A DNA stretch of 37,809 bases. Source: a virus. Lineage: Duplodnaviria > Caudoviricetes. Positions within the stretch are counted from its first letter, which is position 1. The number at the start of each line of letters is the position of its first letter. Positions 35,323 through 37,809 of this stretch are shown in pieces. Below the pieces are notes generated by a model, which saw nothing but the letters and a program-made list of their open reading frames with translations, was not told the DNA's origin and did not search any database. A program made the translations under genes and the position numbers. The DNA lies in the IMG/VR virus record IMGVR_UViG_3300011335_000533, positions 1 to 37,809 of that record; one strand, 5' to 3'.

Positions 35323-36534
35323 TCAACCCCACAGACGGCAAGCCATCTGAGGACGAATAGTGCTGAAGCCGTACAAAACGTCAATACGGCAAGGCATACG
35401 GTCGTTGTTGATGTCGTAAGCACGAACTACACGCAGGCTGATGCCGTTGTGGTTTGCTCTGGCAGCCATGTCAACGCCTTGCGGCATAACGAGGTCAGCA
35501 GTAGCAAACGTGATGGCGTCCTTGTGGTAGATCATGTTTTGCGGATAGGAAGTAGATGCTGTACCAACAAAAGTCACGGCAGCGTTGTCAGCGGGGAAGC
35601 TGTCAACGGTAGCCAAGGCGTTTGTGCTGGTATAGATCGGTGGGCTGATTGCCATGTTTGCCAAAGCATTGCCAGCCGCCGTTTGTGCGGCGGTAACAAC
35701 AAATTGCTGTAGCGAACCAGTTGACTCACGGGTTTGTGGGTTAACTGCAAACACATTTGCAATCGTAAACACATCACCAGCAGTCACTGTGTCAGTCGCA
35801 CCAGTCAGGCCGTCAATACTGATTGTTGCTTGGCCTTGGGTGCTAACAGCACCGTTAACCAAAATCGTACCAGAACGGGAACCCGTGGTGTGAACCTTGA
35901 TGGACTGGCTCATGTTGATTTCGTCAAAGCCCAACACGCCAGTACCCATCATGCCATTTTTGAATTGTTGGCTAATGGTGGTGGTTGGGTTGAAGAAACC
36001 AGACAGGCCGTTGACCAAACCAGCGTTGGCAGCAGGGTTGACGGTAGCGTAGCGAGGAGCCATACCAGCAGCCGATTCGTTTAGTTTCTGCTGCGCTTGC
36101 AACAGAACCAAAGCGGTAGCCGGAGAAGTGCCAGGAGTGCCTACGGTGTTGAAAATGGTTTTGTAGGCATTAGCAACGTCAGCGTCGATGCTGGAGGCCA
36201 ACTGCGAGATACGGGGCTTGAGAACCCGCTCTGCAAAGTCGTCCAACTGCAAAGTCAACTCAGCGGTGGTGAAGTTCACACCGATGTGCTTCTGGCTTGC
36301 CACCGTCAGCGTGGTGCTTTGCTCGGCATCGTCCTGCACTTGCAGGGCTGCACCGTCAGTCACCAGTGCCCGGTCAGGCAGGCGAATACGCAGGGTAGAG
36401 CCGATTTTTGCACCACTAACAGCAAAGCTGTCGTCGTACTGTCGGTTCACGTTGCGGGTAATTACCAGGTTGTTCTCAAGAATCTCAAGAGCCTTCCGAG
36501 TAATCATGTCAATGGTAAGAATACTGTTAGCCAC
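35323..36534 (-). CDS. Major capsid protein, P22 coat family
   Basis: KIGSTLRIRLP, LDDFAERVLKP, YHKDAITFATADL, CRIDVLYG. Confidence 0.92.
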   Translation of the reverse strand: MANSILTIDMITRKALEILENNLVITRNVNRQYDDSFAVSGAKIGSTLRIRLPDRALVTDGAALQVQDDAEQSTTLTVASQKHIGVNFTTAELTLQLDDFAERVLKPRISQLASSIDADVANAYKTIFNTVGTPGTSPATALVLLQAQQKLNESAAGMAPRYATVNPAANAGLVNGLSGFFNPTTTISQQFKNGMMGTGVLGFDEINMSQSIKVHTTGSRSGTILVNGAVSTQGQATISIDGLTGATDTVTAGDVFTIANVFAVNPQTRESTGSLQQFVVTAAQTAAGNALANMAISPPIYTSTNALATVDSFPADNAAVTFVGTASTSYPQNMIYHKDAITFATADLVMPQGVDMAARANHNGISLRVVRAYDINNDRMPCRIDVLYGFSTIRPQMACRLWG

Positions 36535-36555
36535 GATTTTTCCTTAGAAAATAAA

Positions 36556-37293
36556 TTAAAACTTTCGCGCCTGTAACGCTTTCATTTGTCGCGCTCTGTC
36601 GGCCTCAATCCACTGGCTGGTACTCATGGTCTTGATAGACCGTGGATCAGTTGTGTCAAAAGACCCAGAACCCACCCCTCGGGCGGTGACTGGTGAAATC
36701 GGCTCAGGCGCACCAGAAGTACGCTTTTGGACGGGGTTTTCGGCTAACCTAGCCTCAAGTCGTCCAATCTCTTTAGCTTGCAAAATAGGCGCTAGTCGAG
36801 AAATACGATCTGCCTCTTTCGGATTTGAGCCAAGGTGATAAACCAAGTCAGGCCCAATTTCCGACGATTGAATCGTCTGTGCCATCACGGTCGTAATCTT
36901 GAGGCTGGGGTTGTAGGCAACTTGTTCAAAGTCGCTGTACTTAGACCTAGCCGTTTCTTCACGCTCGTGATACCCATCAAGAATCTCAGCTTGCTGTTTC
37001 TGGAGTTCCCGCTGCTCAATCAGCTTGTAAGCCTTGGCCTCTGCGTAAGCATCGACCGACTCAAACTGATCTTGCGGAGGCAAGTCCACTGCCACTGCTG
37101 GCGCAGGCTGTCGCTCTCGTTCCCACTTTCGCTGCTCTCTTGCGAGGCGTTTACCAATAGCGGCGTCAAGTTCCTCTTGCGAGAATGTCTTAGCTGCTAC
37201 TTCCGGCGTTTCAACTACAGGTTCTGGAGTAACCGCCGTGGTTTCCAGTTCCGGCGCGGGGGCTAATTCCGCTACTTGCTCTATCTCTGACAT
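36556..37293 (-). CDS. Scaffolding protein (duplicate)
   Basis: Identical translation to 96..833. Confidence 0.8.
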   Translation of the reverse strand: MSEIEQVAELAPAPELETTAVTPEPVVETPEVAAKTFSQEELDAAIGKRLAREQRKWERERQPAPAVAVDLPPQDQFESVDAYAEAKAYKLIEQRELQKQQAEILDGYHEREETARSKYSDFEQVAYNPSLKITTVMAQTIQSSEIGPDLVYHLGSNPKEADRISRLAPILQAKEIGRLEARLAENPVQKRTSGAPEPISPVTARGVGSGSFDTTDPRSIKTMSTSQWIEADRARQMKALQARKF

Positions 37294-37336
37294 TTTTGAA
37301 TCCTAAGATTCCCTGGTCATTGGGCCAGTACAAACA

Positions 37337-37681
37337 TTATAGTCCTTGTCCAGGAGTGATGTAAAGTGTCGTGGACGATGCCGCTGTTGCGGTGAAGAAT
37401 GAGGTTGGCGGGAAGTTAAACACTTCCACAGCGCCAGCCACAATCGGGACGGCGTTGCCGGTTGTAGTAACTGCTGCGGAGTTGGTAGTTGCAATAGCCG
37501 CTGTTGCACCAACGCCTAAGAAGGCGGTTACCGACCCCACGTTGACCACCCGATACTGGTTGGTTGGCGGTGTGACTGCCGTAAAACTCGGCAAAATCTG
37601 CGCGGCTGCGGGAGCGGTTGCATTGGCAGTCACCACAACGGTCGGGCCATTTTGAAGAAATGCGGTTTGTTCGTTAGCCAT
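37337..37681 (-). CDS. Variant allele of 877..1221
   Basis: Same length, six amino-acid differences. Confidence 0.7.
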   Translation of the reverse strand: MANEQTAFLQNGPTVVVTANATAPAAAQILPSFTAVTPPTNQYRVVNVGSVTAFLGVGATAAIATTNSAAVTTTGNAVPIVAGAVEVFNFPPTSFFTATAASSTTLYITPGQGL

Positions 37682-37690
37682 GTTTGTCTT

Positions 37691-37809
37691 TCAAGGTTGT
37701 TCAGCGGCTCGTGCCTCGACTTCGTAAGGGTTCATTTTATAACCGTAGCGCAGCAGCCACCAGGTGTACTTGATGGCGTACAGCACCTTACCATCTCGCC
37801 GCATCTGTT
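37691..37809 (-). CDS. 3' fragment of variant HExxH protein gene
   Basis: Allele of 1237..1494; TAA is CAA here, extending the protein by QP. Confidence 0.6.
   Translation of the reverse strand, partial: QMRRDGKVLYAIKYTWWLLRYGYKMNPYEVEARAAEQP

Larger units (their letters stand above)
36461..37809. repeat. Terminal direct repeat, copy 2
   Basis: Ungapped match to 1..1349. Confidence 0.97.

Noticed and set aside
1-37809. Prophage or temperate lifestyle; stop-codon recoding
   Set aside because: No integrase, repressor or host flanks seen; standard code gives dense, intact gene tiling

Overview
The window is an apparently complete ~36,460-bp tailed-phage genome, read once round plus a 1,349-bp overlap (1..1349 repeats at 36461..37809; identical up to 945, about 92% identical thereafter). 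It has two divergently transcribed arms separated by a ~1-kb control region (8943..9955). The + arm (9956..23987) holds early genes, an SNF2 helicase, a putative SSB and a contiguous 2-aminoadenine (Z-DNA) cassette: a family A polymerase with DpoZ-type motif changes, PurZ (QYGSTGKG), a MazZ-like pyrophosphatase and a DatZ-like HD dATPase. A PD-(D/E)xK nuclease and an AEP primase/VirE helicase follow. The - arm is a P22-type podovirus module (terminases, portal, tailspike, scaffold, coat, gp4/gp10-like, three ejection proteins, holin, M15 endolysin). I saw no integrase or repressor. The phage very probably replaces A with Z. Less expected signals: a strong GATC-density mosaic suggesting a recent marriage of a Z replication module with a restriction-avoiding virion module, a 15/16 parS site without any parB, a pair of early paralogues sharing one domain with opposite-charge extensions, a shared promoter-spacer motif, and an Asp at the polymerase steric-gate position. 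All family assignments come from motif recognition by eye, not database searches.
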